A stretch of DNA of 64,000 nucleotides from Spirochaetia bacterium. Lineage in GTDB: Bacteria; Spirochaetota; Spirochaetia; UBA9216. Below, in pieces: positions 1 to 10,397 of this stretch. The DNA lies in assembly GCA_965140585.1 (NCBI GenBank), contig OZ223267.1, forward strand, positions 128,001-192,000, given 5' to 3'. A program made the position numbers and the translations under genes. Under the pieces are notes generated by a model that made no database searches, had not been told where the DNA came from, and saw nothing but the letters and a program-made list of their open reading frames with translations. Numbering within the stretch: position 1 is the stretch's first letter; each line of letters opens with the position of its first letter.

Positions 1-1085
1 CATGTCATTGCTTCAAGTTTTTCAATGGAAAGACTTCCGCAGCGTACAGCATCGATCATTCCCGCATCTTCGCTGACCGGGATGAAGGAACCGCTCAATC
101 CGCCGACATATGATGAAGCCATTGCTCCGCCTTTTTTTACAGCATCATTCAGAAGGGCCAGGGCGGCTGTGGTTCCGGGGGCCCCGCACTTTTCAAGGCC
201 CATTTCCTCAAGGATATGAGCGACGCTGTCGCCCATTGCCGGTGTCGGTGCAAGTGAAAGATCTACTATTCCGAATCCTACCCCGAGGCGTTTGGATGCC
301 TCTCGTGCAACAAGTTCGCCCATACGGGTTATCTTGAATGCGGATTTCTTGATGGTTTCGGCGACAAGACCGAACCTTGCTCCTGGAATCTTTTTAATTG
401 CACTCTGAACAACTCCCGGCCCGCTTATTCCTACATTGATAACGGTTTCTGGTTCACCTATGCCGTGAAAGGCTCCGGCCATGAAAGGGTTGTCCTCAGG
501 GACATTCGCAAATACGACAAGTTTGGCACAGCCCAGTCCTCCGGAATCTGCGGTAAGCTCAGCTGTCTGCTTGATTACTCTTCCCATAAGGGCAACTGCA
601 TCCATGTTTATTCCGGCACGTGTTGACGCAATATTCACCGACGAGCAGACGCGGACAGTTGATGACAGCGCTTCCGGAATCGATTCGATAAGTATCCGAT
701 CTCCCTTAGTGAAGCCCTTGTGTACAAGAGCGGAGTAGCCGCCGATAAAATCAACTCCTGTCTCGCTTGCGGCACGGTCGAGGGTTCTGGCAAACTCTAC
801 ATAGTTTGTGTCGGTGGAGGATTCCGCAACCATAGCCATCGGTGTAACAGAAATCCTTTTATTGATAATCGGTATACCGAATTCGGTTTCAATATCCTGA
901 GCAGTCTTTACCAGATTGCCTGCAGTCTTTGTTATCTTGTCGTAAATTTTCGTACGTGATTTTTCGCCTGATTCACAGCCGCAGTCACGCAGTGATATAC
1001 CCATGGTTATGGTACGTATATCGAGGTTTTCCCGGTCGATCATCTCAATTGTTTCAAGTATTTCTGACGGTTTAATCATGCTCAT
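1..1085 (-). CDS. UPF0210/DUF711 (PFL-like) family protein, 3' end runs off the window
   Basis: Absent from the ORF track because no stop lies in the window. Reverse strand reads [35 protein letters not shown]..., with later [11 protein letters not shown] and GISGPG motifs. Follows an ACT-domain gene as is typical. Alternative start 1079. Confidence 0.88.
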   Translation of the reverse strand, partial: MSMIKPSEILETIEMIDRENLDIRTITMGISLRDCGCESGEKSRTKIYDKITKTAGNLVKTAQDIETEFGIPIINKRISVTPMAMVAESSTDTNYVEFARTLDRAASETGVDFIGGYSALVHKGFTKGDRILIESIPEALSSTVRVCSSVNIASTRAGINMDAVALMGRVIKQTAELTADSGGLGCAKLVVFANVPEDNPFMAGAFHGIGEPETVINVGISGPGVVQSAIKKIPGARFGLVAETIKKSAFKITRMGELVAREASKRLGVGFGIVDLSLAPTPAMGDSVAHILEEMGLEKCGAPGTTAALALLNDAVKKGGAMASSYVGGLSGSFIPVSEDAGMIDAVRCGSLSIEKLEAMT

Positions 1086-1094
1086 ACTGTAAAC

Positions 1095-1364
1095 CTATAT
1101 CCTGTGCATCGAGTTGAATATTTCTTCCCGCTGTATGCGGACCGACAGATTCTTTTCTTTTCCGTAATCATTGAGTACAGAAACAAGCTCTGAAAAATCG
1201 CAGGAAAGGTTTGCGGTATCCACCATCATTATCATGGTGAACATGTTGTTCATGACCGTCTGGTTAATATCAAGAATATTAACATTTCTGTCCGCAAGAA
1301 TATTTGCTATCGAGGCGATGATACCTACGGTATCTTTACCGATTACTGTGATAAACGAATTCAT
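1095..1364 (-). CDS. ACT-domain protein (UPF0237)
   Basis: 89 aa, ITVIGKDTVGIIA...NILDINQT...IFNSMHRI. Canonical partner of UPF0210. Confidence 0.9.
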   Translation of the reverse strand: MNSFITVIGKDTVGIIASIANILADRNVNILDINQTVMNNMFTMIMMVDTANLSCDFSELVSVLNDYGKEKNLSVRIQREEIFNSMHRI

Positions 1365-2536
1365 TATAAAGCTCCATCTAAGTATAATTTTTCTGTATTT
1401 GCTATTGCTTTTTCAAGTCTTTCATCCAAATCAAGATCTTTGTACTCTTTAATCATACGGTTAAAATCCGGATGTGTTATCGGATGTTCAGGCGCAAAAA
1501 GAGTACAGCAGTCCTCAAAGGGCAGTATTGATGTTTTGAAAGTATCTATCTTCTCAGCGATTTTTATTATTTCTTCCTTGTCCATACCGATAAGGGGACG
1601 GAAAATCGGAAGGTCTGTAGCACTGCCTGTAAAGCGGATGCTTTCCGGAGTCTGGCTCGCAACCTGCGAAAGCGCCTCACCGGTTACCAGGGCCAGCTGT
1701 GTGTTCTTTTTTGCAATCCGGTCGGCAATCTGCACCATAGCATGCCGCATCAAAAGGGTAGTGGCCTTATCAAAACCCTTATCCTTTATATGAAGCTGTA
1801 CTTCTGTGAAAGGGACGATATAGAGATTTATTCCGCAGGTCCATGAGGAGAGTATCTGTGCCAGATCCACGACCTTTTGCTTTGCCTCATCAGAGGTATA
1901 GGGATAGGTATGAAAATAGATAGCATCGATTTTCATTCCGCGTTTGGCCATGAGGTATCCGGCTACAGGAGAGTCGATACCGCCGGAAAGCATCAGCATT
2001 CCGCCGCCTGCAATTCCAACCGGAAGTCCTCCGGGCCCCTTTTTTACCCTGCTGTAGATGTAGGCCATTTCACGAAGTTCCACATTGATGCTCCAGTCAG
2101 GATTTTTAACATCAACATGAAGTTCCGGATGAGCATCAAGTACCGCAGCGCCGAGTTCACATACAATATCATATGAACTCATATGAAACCCCTTGTCGGC
2201 ACGTCTGGAATTGATTTTAAAACCGGTGCCCGGAAGTTCTTCGGTATTGGCTTTCGCAATCTTCAGAGCTTCCTGCTTTATCAGCTCAAAATCTTTTTCA
2301 ACCCTGATAACCTCGCTGTATCCGGTCACGCCGAAGGTCTTGGAAAGAACTTCTTCAATTGCTCTTGAATTTGACTCGTCCGATTCAATAAAGAACCGTC
2401 CCCTTGTTCCTGTTACCCTGCAGCTGATGCTGCGGAGATTGGATCTAATATTTTTTTTAAGCCGCTTTTCAAAAAAAGACCGGTTGCCGCCCTTAAGAGC
2501 TATCTCGCCGATCTTAATCAGATAAAGTTTGTCCAC
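1364..2536 (-). CDS. thiI: tRNA 4-thiouridine synthase ThiI
   Basis: GEIALKGGNR N-terminus, THUMP domain, PP-loop LSGGIDSPVA, QVASQT, EDCC. No rhodanese tail. Confidence 0.95.
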   Translation of the reverse strand: MDKLYLIKIGEIALKGGNRSFFEKRLKKNIRSNLRSISCRVTGTRGRFFIESDESNSRAIEEVLSKTFGVTGYSEVIRVEKDFELIKQEALKIAKANTEELPGTGFKINSRRADKGFHMSSYDIVCELGAAVLDAHPELHVDVKNPDWSINVELREMAYIYSRVKKGPGGLPVGIAGGGMLMLSGGIDSPVAGYLMAKRGMKIDAIYFHTYPYTSDEAKQKVVDLAQILSSWTCGINLYIVPFTEVQLHIKDKGFDKATTLLMRHAMVQIADRIAKKNTQLALVTGEALSQVASQTPESIRFTGSATDLPIFRPLIGMDKEEIIKIAEKIDTFKTSILPFEDCCTLFAPEHPITHPDFNRMIKEYKDLDLDERLEKAIANTEKLYLDGAL

Positions 2537-2566
2537 ACGAAATCTCCTGAAATTGTTAACTGCAAG

Positions 2567-3742
2567 TTAACCAAGGTTATTAATAAGTATAGATGATTCC
2601 TGTTCAAGAATGTTACAAAATTGTGTAATTTCTTCGGTTTTTGTAGAAGGTCCGGTTGAGATCCTTATTGAAGAAAAGGAATCACTTGATTCCACACCCA
2701 TTGCTTCCATTACACGGTAGTTTTTTTTCTTTTTGTTACTGCAGGCGGAACCGGTTGAGATATCAAAACCGCGGTCGCTCATTACCCTGACCATTATTTC
2801 CCCCGGGATTGGTTTTAATGAGACAGAAAGGATATACGGCGAGAATAACTCCGGATTCAAAAGTTTTTCCGTATCGCTTTGGGGGAGAAACTTAGCACCT
2901 TTGATATTACTGATTCTTTCAATGAGCAGTTTTTTGTTTTTGAGCGCCGCCGCAGTGTTATCCTGTATCATTCCATGATATTTTTTTGCAGCCTCGGCTG
3001 TGGCCAGTATTCCCTGAAGGTTTTCAGTCCCGTGACGGATATCATTTTCCTGACCGCCTCCGGTGTATAAAGGTTCCAGAGATTTTGAAAGATAAAGTAT
3101 TCCACATCCCCTCGGGCCCTGAAACTTGTGACTGCTCACAGAGGCTGAATGAAGGCCAGGTATATCCATACTGAAAGGTATTTTACATACTGCCTGTACG
3201 GCATCGGCATGGAAGTGAACCCTGAATCCCGGCTGCCTGTTTAAATCTGCAATCCCTGCTGCAATATCTTTTAACGGCTGAATGCTGCCTGTTTCATTGT
3301 TTACAGACATGCAGGAGGCGAAACGGGTATCTTTATCAATTTTTTCAAGAAATTTTCCGGGAGATATCCTTCCGCCAGATTCGGGTTTGACTATTCTCAG
3401 TTCCCATCCCATCCGTGAGAGCAGTACAGCGGGCTCATATACCGATGGATGCTCAATGCCTGAAATTACCAAATTTCCGGGCTGCTTTTTTCTGAGAAAT
3501 GAACTTATTATCAGGTTGTTTGATTCTGTACCGCCTGAAGTAAAATATAGTTTATCAACAGCGGTTCCCAGCACTTCCGCACACATCTGCCGTGAGCTTT
3601 CAAGCAGTTTATCGGCATCTTTTCCGCTGTTGTGCAGCGAGGACGGGTTTCCGAAAGTATGCAGCGATGCTTCAGCTGCGTTAAGGATTACTTCACGATC
3701 GGGAACAGCTGTAGCAGCCCAATCAAGGTAAATTCTGCTCAT
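2567..3742 (-). CDS. Cysteine desulfurase (IscS/NifZ type), partner of ThiI
   Basis: YLDWAAT, GNPSSLH, FTSGGTESNN, SSHKFQGP (PLP lysine), STGSACS (catalytic Cys). Confidence 0.93.
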   Translation of the reverse strand: MSRIYLDWAATAVPDREVILNAAEASLHTFGNPSSLHNSGKDADKLLESSRQMCAEVLGTAVDKLYFTSGGTESNNLIISSFLRKKQPGNLVISGIEHPSVYEPAVLLSRMGWELRIVKPESGGRISPGKFLEKIDKDTRFASCMSVNNETGSIQPLKDIAAGIADLNRQPGFRVHFHADAVQAVCKIPFSMDIPGLHSASVSSHKFQGPRGCGILYLSKSLEPLYTGGGQENDIRHGTENLQGILATAEAAKKYHGMIQDNTAAALKNKKLLIERISNIKGAKFLPQSDTEKLLNPELFSPYILSVSLKPIPGEIMVRVMSDRGFDISTGSACSNKKKKNYRVMEAMGVESSDSFSSIRISTGPSTKTEEITQFCNILEQESSILINNLG

Positions 3743-3908
3743 AGTCTGATGATAATAGTAGTCTGAAGCCTTTTTTTCAAGTCACAGAAACAGGGTCTGC
3801 TTTGACTGTAAAGTGATACTTAAAAATGCTTCTATTCGCTGTTCATATATAGAAAAAATAATAAACTTCTCTTGAAGAAATTTAATTTTCAGTATATCCT
3901 TTTCCGAT

Positions 3909-4211
3909 ATGGAAAAAGATTGCTGTCCTGAAGATGAAATTAAAACAATCGCTGAAAAGCTGAAGGTCTGCGGCCATCCGGTCCGGCTAAAGATCCTGTG
4001 TCTGATTGAAAAGCAGGATTCATGTGTAACTGATTTATGGCAGTGCCTTGATCAGTCCCAGCCCGTAATCTCCCAGCACCTTGCGGTTCTTAAAGAAAAG
4101 GGTATTGTGGAGTCTGATATCCAGGGTAACCGGCGAATCTACTCAATATGCGACCCCTTTATAAAGACGGTTGTAAAATCTTTCCCCTTTGTTGAAAATG
4201 TAGGAAACTGA
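3909..4211 (+). CDS. ArsR/SmtB family transcriptional regulator, Cys-rich
   Basis: GHPVRLKIL...SQPVISQHLAVLKEKGIV winged-HTH signature. Confidence 0.92.
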   Translation: MEKDCCPEDEIKTIAEKLKVCGHPVRLKILCLIEKQDSCVTDLWQCLDQSQPVISQHLAVLKEKGIVESDIQGNRRIYSICDPFIKTVVKSFPFVENVGN

Positions 4212-4227
4212 TAATTTTATTTGATAT

Positions 4228-4261
4228 AAAAAAAGGCTGAACATCGTGTTCAGCCTTTTTT
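4228..4261. terminator. Bidirectional intrinsic terminator
   Basis: AAAAAAGGCTGAACA-TCG-TGTTCAGCCTTTTTT between convergent genes. Confidence 0.85.
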
Positions 4262-4286
4262 AATGCCTGATGCAGCTTTAATATCT

Positions 4287-5882
4287 CTACTCGGCAAGTT
4301 TTACAAAATTTTGATAGGCCGTTATTGCTCCATCAACTGCTGTATAGACGGCGGAGAGTATTCCAATCCAGGTAAGTATTGTAGACGCAGTGCTGTAGAC
4401 ATCTCCGATATTTCCCATGATATTTTTCTCAACGTAAATTACTGAACCGGGCGGAACCTCATCATAGAGTCCGATTTTTGTGCGGTTGCCGTCAAGATCA
4501 ATCAAAGTAAAGGTCTTCATGTTGGCGTTATCCTCATCGAAACCGCCTGCGGCTGTGATATAGTCGATTGCCCGGTAGTCGCTGACATAAGCTACAGTTG
4601 AAGTTGTCGTGTCAGAGGTATACATTGCGCCGAAAACGCTGACATAGGTTCTTTCTACCGGAATAAGAACATGATCACCTGGTTTAAGGGGGATATCAAG
4701 TGATGAATCTCTGGTCTGCCAGAGCTCATCAACATCAACCGAAATAAACTCGCCCTCAGCTTTTCTCCTGACTTCGGCTCTGGAAGAGATTGCATAGGGT
4801 GTCGGTCCGCCAACCGAGTCAAGGAGATTAAGAAGGGTAATTCCTTGATAAAAGGCAACCTCAAGTTTTACACCCCTGGTAGGTGCTGTGAATGGTTCAA
4901 AGCTTGTATTCGGTTTCCCGTAAACAGCTCCTTCAACAGTGATAGTCTCAGCTCTCTCACTTAATGAAGATATATAAACCGAATCGCCGTTGTTCATGGC
5001 AGTTGCCGCGGCTTCGGCTAGTTTTGCCGATTTTCTTGCATAGGTTCCGTCGGACTCAAGTCTTGTAATCTCTATTCTGTCTTTCTGCGCGTCAGGTCTT
5101 ACCCCTCCGGCCAGTTTTATCAGGGTTCCAAGGTTATCATCCGGCAGAAGTTCGTAAATTCCCGGGTATTTGATTTTACCGGTAATGTTTACAACGGTGT
5201 CAGCCATCGGGACATATATCTTATCACCGGGCTGGAGCCTCGGGTTTGAGTTAAAATCAGCATCCTGGTAGAATCTGGAGAGATCAACTTTTATCTCTTC
5301 TTCATCCCGAATTATTGTGACGTTCCTGTAGGATGCGTTATCCTTGAATCCCCCGCACATCGATATTGCATCGACCACGGTTGTCACCGGCGTTGCATTG
5401 ATGTAACCGGAAACTGAAACTCCTCCATAGATGAACACATTGAAATGTGCGGGGGCGGCCAGATTGAAAGTTATGTACTGAACGGGTGTCATTCGTGCTA
5501 TTTCGTCTGAAATAAAAGCCTGAAGTTGTGCGATAGTTTTTCCTGCTACATTGGTTTCGCCTATAAAGGGCAGCACCATTGAATAATCCTGCTGCAGCTG
5601 GATGTTGTAGGTCGTTATATAGTCGGCGCTGCGTTCACTGTTGGATCCGTAATTTATCAGCAGCGTGAAAACATCTCCCGGGGTAAGGGGGTAGTTGTCA
5701 AGCGCTTCAAAATTAGTTGAATAACTCTGTGATGTATTCAGCAGTGCTACTGAATTGGTGAGTACATATTTAAAAATATCAGCCTGCAGGCCGAATCCGC
5801 TGCTCTCATTTTCTGTGTCCTGGGCGACGGCCGGAAATATAAGGGCTGTAAGGATTAATATAGTAAGTAACGTCTTTTTCAT
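4287..5882 (-). CDS. Polysaccharide export/SLBB-domain protein (Wza/KpsD-like)
   Basis: Signal peptide, YPLTPGD...LPFIGETNVAGKT poly-export domain, repeated SLBB units (GGF, LQPGDKIYVP, LKPGDHVLIP), C-terminal amphipathic helix. Confidence 0.85.
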   Translation of the reverse strand: MKKTLLTILILTALIFPAVAQDTENESSGFGLQADIFKYVLTNSVALLNTSQSYSTNFEALDNYPLTPGDVFTLLINYGSNSERSADYITTYNIQLQQDYSMVLPFIGETNVAGKTIAQLQAFISDEIARMTPVQYITFNLAAPAHFNVFIYGGVSVSGYINATPVTTVVDAISMCGGFKDNASYRNVTIIRDEEEIKVDLSRFYQDADFNSNPRLQPGDKIYVPMADTVVNITGKIKYPGIYELLPDDNLGTLIKLAGGVRPDAQKDRIEITRLESDGTYARKSAKLAEAAATAMNNGDSVYISSLSERAETITVEGAVYGKPNTSFEPFTAPTRGVKLEVAFYQGITLLNLLDSVGGPTPYAISSRAEVRRKAEGEFISVDVDELWQTRDSSLDIPLKPGDHVLIPVERTYVSVFGAMYTSDTTTSTVAYVSDYRAIDYITAAGGFDEDNANMKTFTLIDLDGNRTKIGLYDEVPPGSVIYVEKNIMGNIGDVYSTASTILTWIGILSAVYTAVDGAITAYQNFVKLAE

Positions 5883-5968
5883 TAGAGAATGATATCAGTC
5901 TCAAGATTGGTAGTCAACTGCGGATTCATATATCCATGCCTCGAAATATAGTCTATAATTGGATGCAT

Positions 5969-7027
5969 ATGAAGCAGTTAACAGTAAGACTATCCGAATA
6001 TACTACAGATCTGATAATCGATAAAAAAGTGGATCGCGACTGGATTTCTGAAAACGGAATAACCGGAAATATTGTTGTATCCGATACAAACATTGCCGGG
6101 CTTTCCGCCTCCGGATTTATCGGTGAAATTAATGCGCATCAGGTGGTTCTCTGCCCCGGTGAAGCGGCCAAAACCCTCGATTCCGTGCAGAAGATCTGTG
6201 CCCAAGCGCTTGACTGCGGTCTGGGACGAGACAGTCTTTTTACCGGTGTAGGCGGCGGTGTTGTTTGTGATATGACAGCCTTTGCAGCTTCCATTTATAT
6301 GCGCGGGTGCCGCGTCAATCTTGTTCCGACAAGCCTTCTGTCTATGGTAGATGCTACTATCGGCGGGAAAACCGGTGTAGACTTCATGGACCGGAAAAAT
6401 ATTCTGGGCAGCTTCTTTCCTGCAGGCAGGATCTTCATAGCTACTGAATATCTTGAAAGTCTTTCAACTGATGAATATTTGAGCGGACTGGCCGAAATCA
6501 TCAAGCACGCCTTCCTCACCGGCGGAGAGCTTCTTGATATTCTTAGCGAGAGCAGGATCGACGTTCTTAAACGGGACCCTGACCTTCTTGAAGAAATTAT
6601 CTATAAAAGCCTTCTGATTAAAGCCCGCTATGTTGAAGAGGATTTCCGCGAAGCCGGAATGCGGGCTCATCTGAATTTCGGGCATACCTTCGGACATGCA
6701 CTCGAAACTGCAGCAGGTCTCGGCAGGTTCACTCACGGAGGAGCCGTAGCCTGGGGAATGGCCAGGGCATTGAAAGCCGGGGTCCTTCTGGGACATACAG
6801 ACCAGGGATATGCTGAAATGGCGATAGAACTTCTAAAACAATACGGTTACCACCTTGATTTCAGTGATTTTGATACAGATACTTTTATTAATGCCGCCGG
6901 TACAGATAAGAAGAAAAAGGACGGTGAAGTGCGTTTTGTTCTTCAGAACGGGCTTGCGGATACCTTTCTCACTCCGGTAGAGGCTGAAATTCTAAGGGTG
7001 GTAATCGAAGGACATAATGAAATTTAA
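5969..7027 (+). CDS. aroB: 3-dehydroquinate synthase
   Basis: GEAAKT, GGGVVCD, PTSLLSMVDATIGGKTG, LNFGHTFGHALE, DKKK. Start placed at 5969 (or 5963), downstream of TATAAT at 5954. Confidence 0.95.
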   Translation: MKQLTVRLSEYTTDLIIDKKVDRDWISENGITGNIVVSDTNIAGLSASGFIGEINAHQVVLCPGEAAKTLDSVQKICAQALDCGLGRDSLFTGVGGGVVCDMTAFAASIYMRGCRVNLVPTSLLSMVDATIGGKTGVDFMDRKNILGSFFPAGRIFIATEYLESLSTDEYLSGLAEIIKHAFLTGGELLDILSESRIDVLKRDPDLLEEIIYKSLLIKARYVEEDFREAGMRAHLNFGHTFGHALETAAGLGRFTHGGAVAWGMARALKAGVLLGHTDQGYAEMAIELLKQYGYHLDFSDFDTDTFINAAGTDKKKKDGEVRFVLQNGLADTFLTPVEAEILRVVIEGHNEI

Positions 7028-7823
7028 AACTGCGTATAATCTCGAGCATTCAGCAAAAGCAGATGACTACGTTTTTATCTTTGCCGGGCCCGAGCTTCTG
7101 CTTGTAAATGAGGGACTTCCCCGTGTTTCCGATGTTCCGGGTATTGAGGCTCTTGATGAAGAGCCTGTTTTTCTTGGTGAGCTTGGTGAAAGCAGCTGTC
7201 TTGCTGCATCTGTAATATCAAAGGAAGACTTTTCAATTCCTGAAACCGCAGAGTTCTTGCCGCTTCGTTCAAATCTTTCACTGTTAGGAACTGAAGAGGC
7301 TGCAGCCGCCGGGTTTGCATCCCATATCCTTCACTGGCATAACCGGAGCCGGTATTGCGGCGTATGCGGAAGCCGGATGGACTGGCTGCTGAAGGAACGG
7401 GCGAAGCACTGTGATAAATGCGGAAATACTGATTTTCCCCGCATCTCCCCGGCCATCATCATTGGAATAGAAAAAGATGGTAAAATACTTCTGGCTCACA
7501 ACCGCAGGTTCCCTGACGGACGCTACAGTGTGCTGGCCGGTTTTATGGAACCGGGTGAAACAATCGAAGAGACAGCAGAAAGGGAAGTATTTGAAGAAGT
7601 TGGAATCCGGATAAAAAATATCAAATATCTTGCCAGCCAGAGCTGGTCATTTCCTGATTCCCTGATGATAGGACTAACCGCAGAATATGCAGGCGGTGAA
7701 ATAAAACCGGATGGTGTTGAAATCGAACATGCCGACTGGTTTACTGCTGACAATTTCCCGGCTATCCCGGATCACCGAACGATAGCCAGAAAAATAATAG
7801 ATGAATATGCGAAAAAAAATTAA
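7017..7823 (+). CDS. nudC: NAD(H) pyrophosphatase NudC
   Basis: CxxC...CxxC zinc ribbon, FPRISPAII, Nudix box GFMEPGETIEETAEREVFEEVG, SQSWSFPDSLM. Confidence 0.93.
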   Translation: MKFKTAYNLEHSAKADDYVFIFAGPELLLVNEGLPRVSDVPGIEALDEEPVFLGELGESSCLAASVISKEDFSIPETAEFLPLRSNLSLLGTEEAAAAGFASHILHWHNRSRYCGVCGSRMDWLLKERAKHCDKCGNTDFPRISPAIIIGIEKDGKILLAHNRRFPDGRYSVLAGFMEPGETIEETAEREVFEEVGIRIKNIKYLASQSWSFPDSLMIGLTAEYAGGEIKPDGVEIEHADWFTADNFPAIPDHRTIARKIIDEYAKKN

Positions 7824-10329
7824 TTCTGAACAGCTCCCTGTATACCGGGAGAAAGAGCGGATACTCCGCTATATTGAAAAAAATCAGGTTGTAGTAGTCG
7901 AAAGCCCAACAGGCTCGGGTAAAACAACACAGCTTCCGCTTATCCTTCACAATGCCGGGTACTCAAAAGCCGGCGTTATAGGCGTAACCCAGCCCCGGCG
8001 TATCGCCGCCCTGTCTGTATGTGAGTACATTGCTGACCAGACCGGTACCGAAACAGGAACACTCGCCGGGTACAAAATGCGTTTTGAGGATGTGACCTCA
8101 CCTGAGACCCGCATAAAAATAATGACCGACGGAATTCTCCTTCAGGAACTCAAAGCTGATCCGTATCTCAGCCGGTATTCGGTTATCATGGTTGATGAGG
8201 CGCATGAGCGAAGCCTTAATATCGATTTTATCCTGGGTCTTCTGAAAAAGGTGCTTGATGAGCGAAAAGACCTCAAAATAATAATTTCTTCTGCAACAAT
8301 CAACGCAGAAGTCTTCTCTGAATATTTTAATAAATGTCCGGTCATCCATATTGATACCGAGATCTTCCCCATCGATATATTCTATGAACCGCCTTCAGTT
8401 GAATCTTCCGATGAGGAGATGATCAGAAAGATTACAGAAATTGTCACAAGGACTGTCCGTAAGAATTACGGCGGCGATATTCTTATCTTTCTACCCGGTG
8501 AAAAGGTAATTAAGGACTGCATCAAGTCTCTGAGCACCTCGGATGTAAGAAAGAATCTTTTCATACTTCCGCTGTATGCCCGGCTCAGCAGGGAAGAGCA
8601 GGAGCAGGTATTTATTGACACCCCTGAGGGGAAAACAAAGGTAGTTGTGAGCACCAATATTGCTGAAACCAGCGTCACTATAGACGGCATTGCTACGGTA
8701 ATTGACTCTGGCAGGGCTAAGATCAATTTCTACAGTCCCACCACCTACACATCATCGCTGGTTGAAAAACCGATTGCAACCGCCTCCTGCAACCAGAGGA
8801 AGGGCCGCGCCGGGCGAACCGGTCCGGGCAGATGCTACAGGCTTTATTCAAAGCAGGATTTTACCGACCGGCCGATGTTCACTCTTGAGGAAATCTACCG
8901 GACCGACCTCTCCGAAGTAGTCCTGCGTATGGCTGAGCTTGGAATAAGCGAATTCAGTGAATTTGATTTTATATCTCCTCCCGGAAAGGATGGGATAGTT
9001 TCGGCGGTTGAGACTTTAAGGCTGCTTGGCGCTCTGAATGATGAGAACGGTCTTTCAACTATCGGTGAAATGATGGCTGCGTTTCCTATGCTCCCCAGGC
9101 ATTCGAGGATGATCGTTGAAGCTATAAACAGGTATCCCGATGTTCTTGAGGAAACCATTACTGCCGCAGCATTCCTGTCCGCACATTCTCCTTACCTGCT
9201 TCCCCAGGGCGAAGAGATGGCTGCCAGAAGCGCACATCACAGCTTTAGCGATACTGGCGGAGACTTTGTTTCATACCTGAAGCTTCTTGATGCTTTTCTT
9301 GAAGCTGACGATAAAGAAAAGTTCTGTACACGTTTCTATCTTGATGAAAAAACAATGACTGAGATAAACAATATTAAATTTCAGATAGAGGAAATTGTTC
9401 GTGAAATCGGAGTTCCTATCTCCGCGGGCGGAAGTACTGAGGATTATCTATGTGCTGTTTCCGGCGGACTGATGCAGTTTGTCTGCTGCAGGACAGGACG
9501 CGGTGTTTACCGCAGCCTTACTGCCGAGCAGATTCTGATACATCCGGGCTCGGTCATGTTCAGGGAAAACCCGCGGTTCATCGTGGCCGGTGAGGTTGTC
9601 CGTACTTCACGTATGTTCGCACGTTCGGTTTCACCCCTTAAAAAGGAATGGCTTAAACGAATCTCGGAAGACCTCTTTTATGAGCTGGTCATCTATAATG
9701 AAGGGCAGCAGTCCGACGGCCGTCAGCAGGACGGACAGAGAGGCGCACGGCGGGAAAAAGGGCAGAAGCAGGAAGGGCGTAATGGCACCGGAGTTACAAT
9801 CGGGGGCGTAAGCTTCGATGTTAAGCCCTGGAAAAGCAATAAAAAGATTGTAGAACTGCCCTGGAGTAAACTCAGGCCTGTAATTGAGCGCTTAAGTGAA
9901 AATGATCTTTCACGGATAAAGAAATACCGGGGTAATGTCCTTGTAGGGGGCGGAGAATTTCTTACCGGCATGAGGATGCGTACAATTATAAAAATCTGCA
10001 GTGTTGTTGATCCTGAGAGGGATTCAACCATGGAGATGCCTGCCGCCTTTTTTGCTGATGAAAGTGTGGACTGGGCGCCTGTTATTGCGGGTATGAACAA
10101 AATAATGAAATTGTACCGTAAGGAGCGACGCAAGAAAACTTTCGGGTTTATTACACTCCATACCGACGGTAACCGGAGCTACTGGTATCAGGCCGGCAGG
10201 AGCTTTACTTCCTCTATCCAGGAAAGTATTTCAAGTCTTGAGGTCCTTGCGGATCAGACCTCCGACAATGATGTTCTGAAGAAAGTCAGTTCTGTTTATC
10301 GCAGGTTGAATGAACTTCTTGAATTGTAA
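7801..10329 (+). CDS. hrpA: DEAH-box ATP-dependent RNA helicase HrpA-like
   Basis: PTGSGKTTQ, TQPRR, DEAHER, SAT, TNIAETS, QRKGRAGR, followed by HA2/OB region and a lineage-specific C-terminus. Confidence 0.9.
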   Translation: MNMRKKINSEQLPVYREKERILRYIEKNQVVVVESPTGSGKTTQLPLILHNAGYSKAGVIGVTQPRRIAALSVCEYIADQTGTETGTLAGYKMRFEDVTSPETRIKIMTDGILLQELKADPYLSRYSVIMVDEAHERSLNIDFILGLLKKVLDERKDLKIIISSATINAEVFSEYFNKCPVIHIDTEIFPIDIFYEPPSVESSDEEMIRKITEIVTRTVRKNYGGDILIFLPGEKVIKDCIKSLSTSDVRKNLFILPLYARLSREEQEQVFIDTPEGKTKVVVSTNIAETSVTIDGIATVIDSGRAKINFYSPTTYTSSLVEKPIATASCNQRKGRAGRTGPGRCYRLYSKQDFTDRPMFTLEEIYRTDLSEVVLRMAELGISEFSEFDFISPPGKDGIVSAVETLRLLGALNDENGLSTIGEMMAAFPMLPRHSRMIVEAINRYPDVLEETITAAAFLSAHSPYLLPQGEEMAARSAHHSFSDTGGDFVSYLKLLDAFLEADDKEKFCTRFYLDEKTMTEINNIKFQIEEIVREIGVPISAGGSTEDYLCAVSGGLMQFVCCRTGRGVYRSLTAEQILIHPGSVMFRENPRFIVAGEVVRTSRMFARSVSPLKKEWLKRISEDLFYELVIYNEGQQSDGRQQDGQRGARREKGQKQEGRNGTGVTIGGVSFDVKPWKSNKKIVELPWSKLRPVIERLSENDLSRIKKYRGNVLVGGGEFLTGMRMRTIIKICSVVDPERDSTMEMPAAFFADESVDWAPVIAGMNKIMKLYRKERRKKTFGFITLHTDGNRSYWYQAGRSFTSSIQESISSLEVLADQTSDNDVLKKVSSVYRRLNELLEL

Positions 10330-10368
10330 CAGATTGTAACAGAATCTATCATCATCTGAAGGCCGGAA

Positions 10369-10384
10369 TGGCATAAATCCTGCA
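10369..10384 (+). promoter_or_regulatory. Putative sigma54 (-24/-12) promoter
   Basis: TGGCATAAATCCTGCA versus consensus TGGCACGNNNNTTGCW, with exact GG-N10-GC spacing, 13 nt before the ATG at 10398. Confidence 0.6.
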
Positions 10385-10397
10385 ATTCGGTCTCCAG

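Noticed and set aside
25-959. Short plus-strand ORFs at the window start
   Set aside because: They are antisense to the truncated UPF0210 gene that the ORF track missed.
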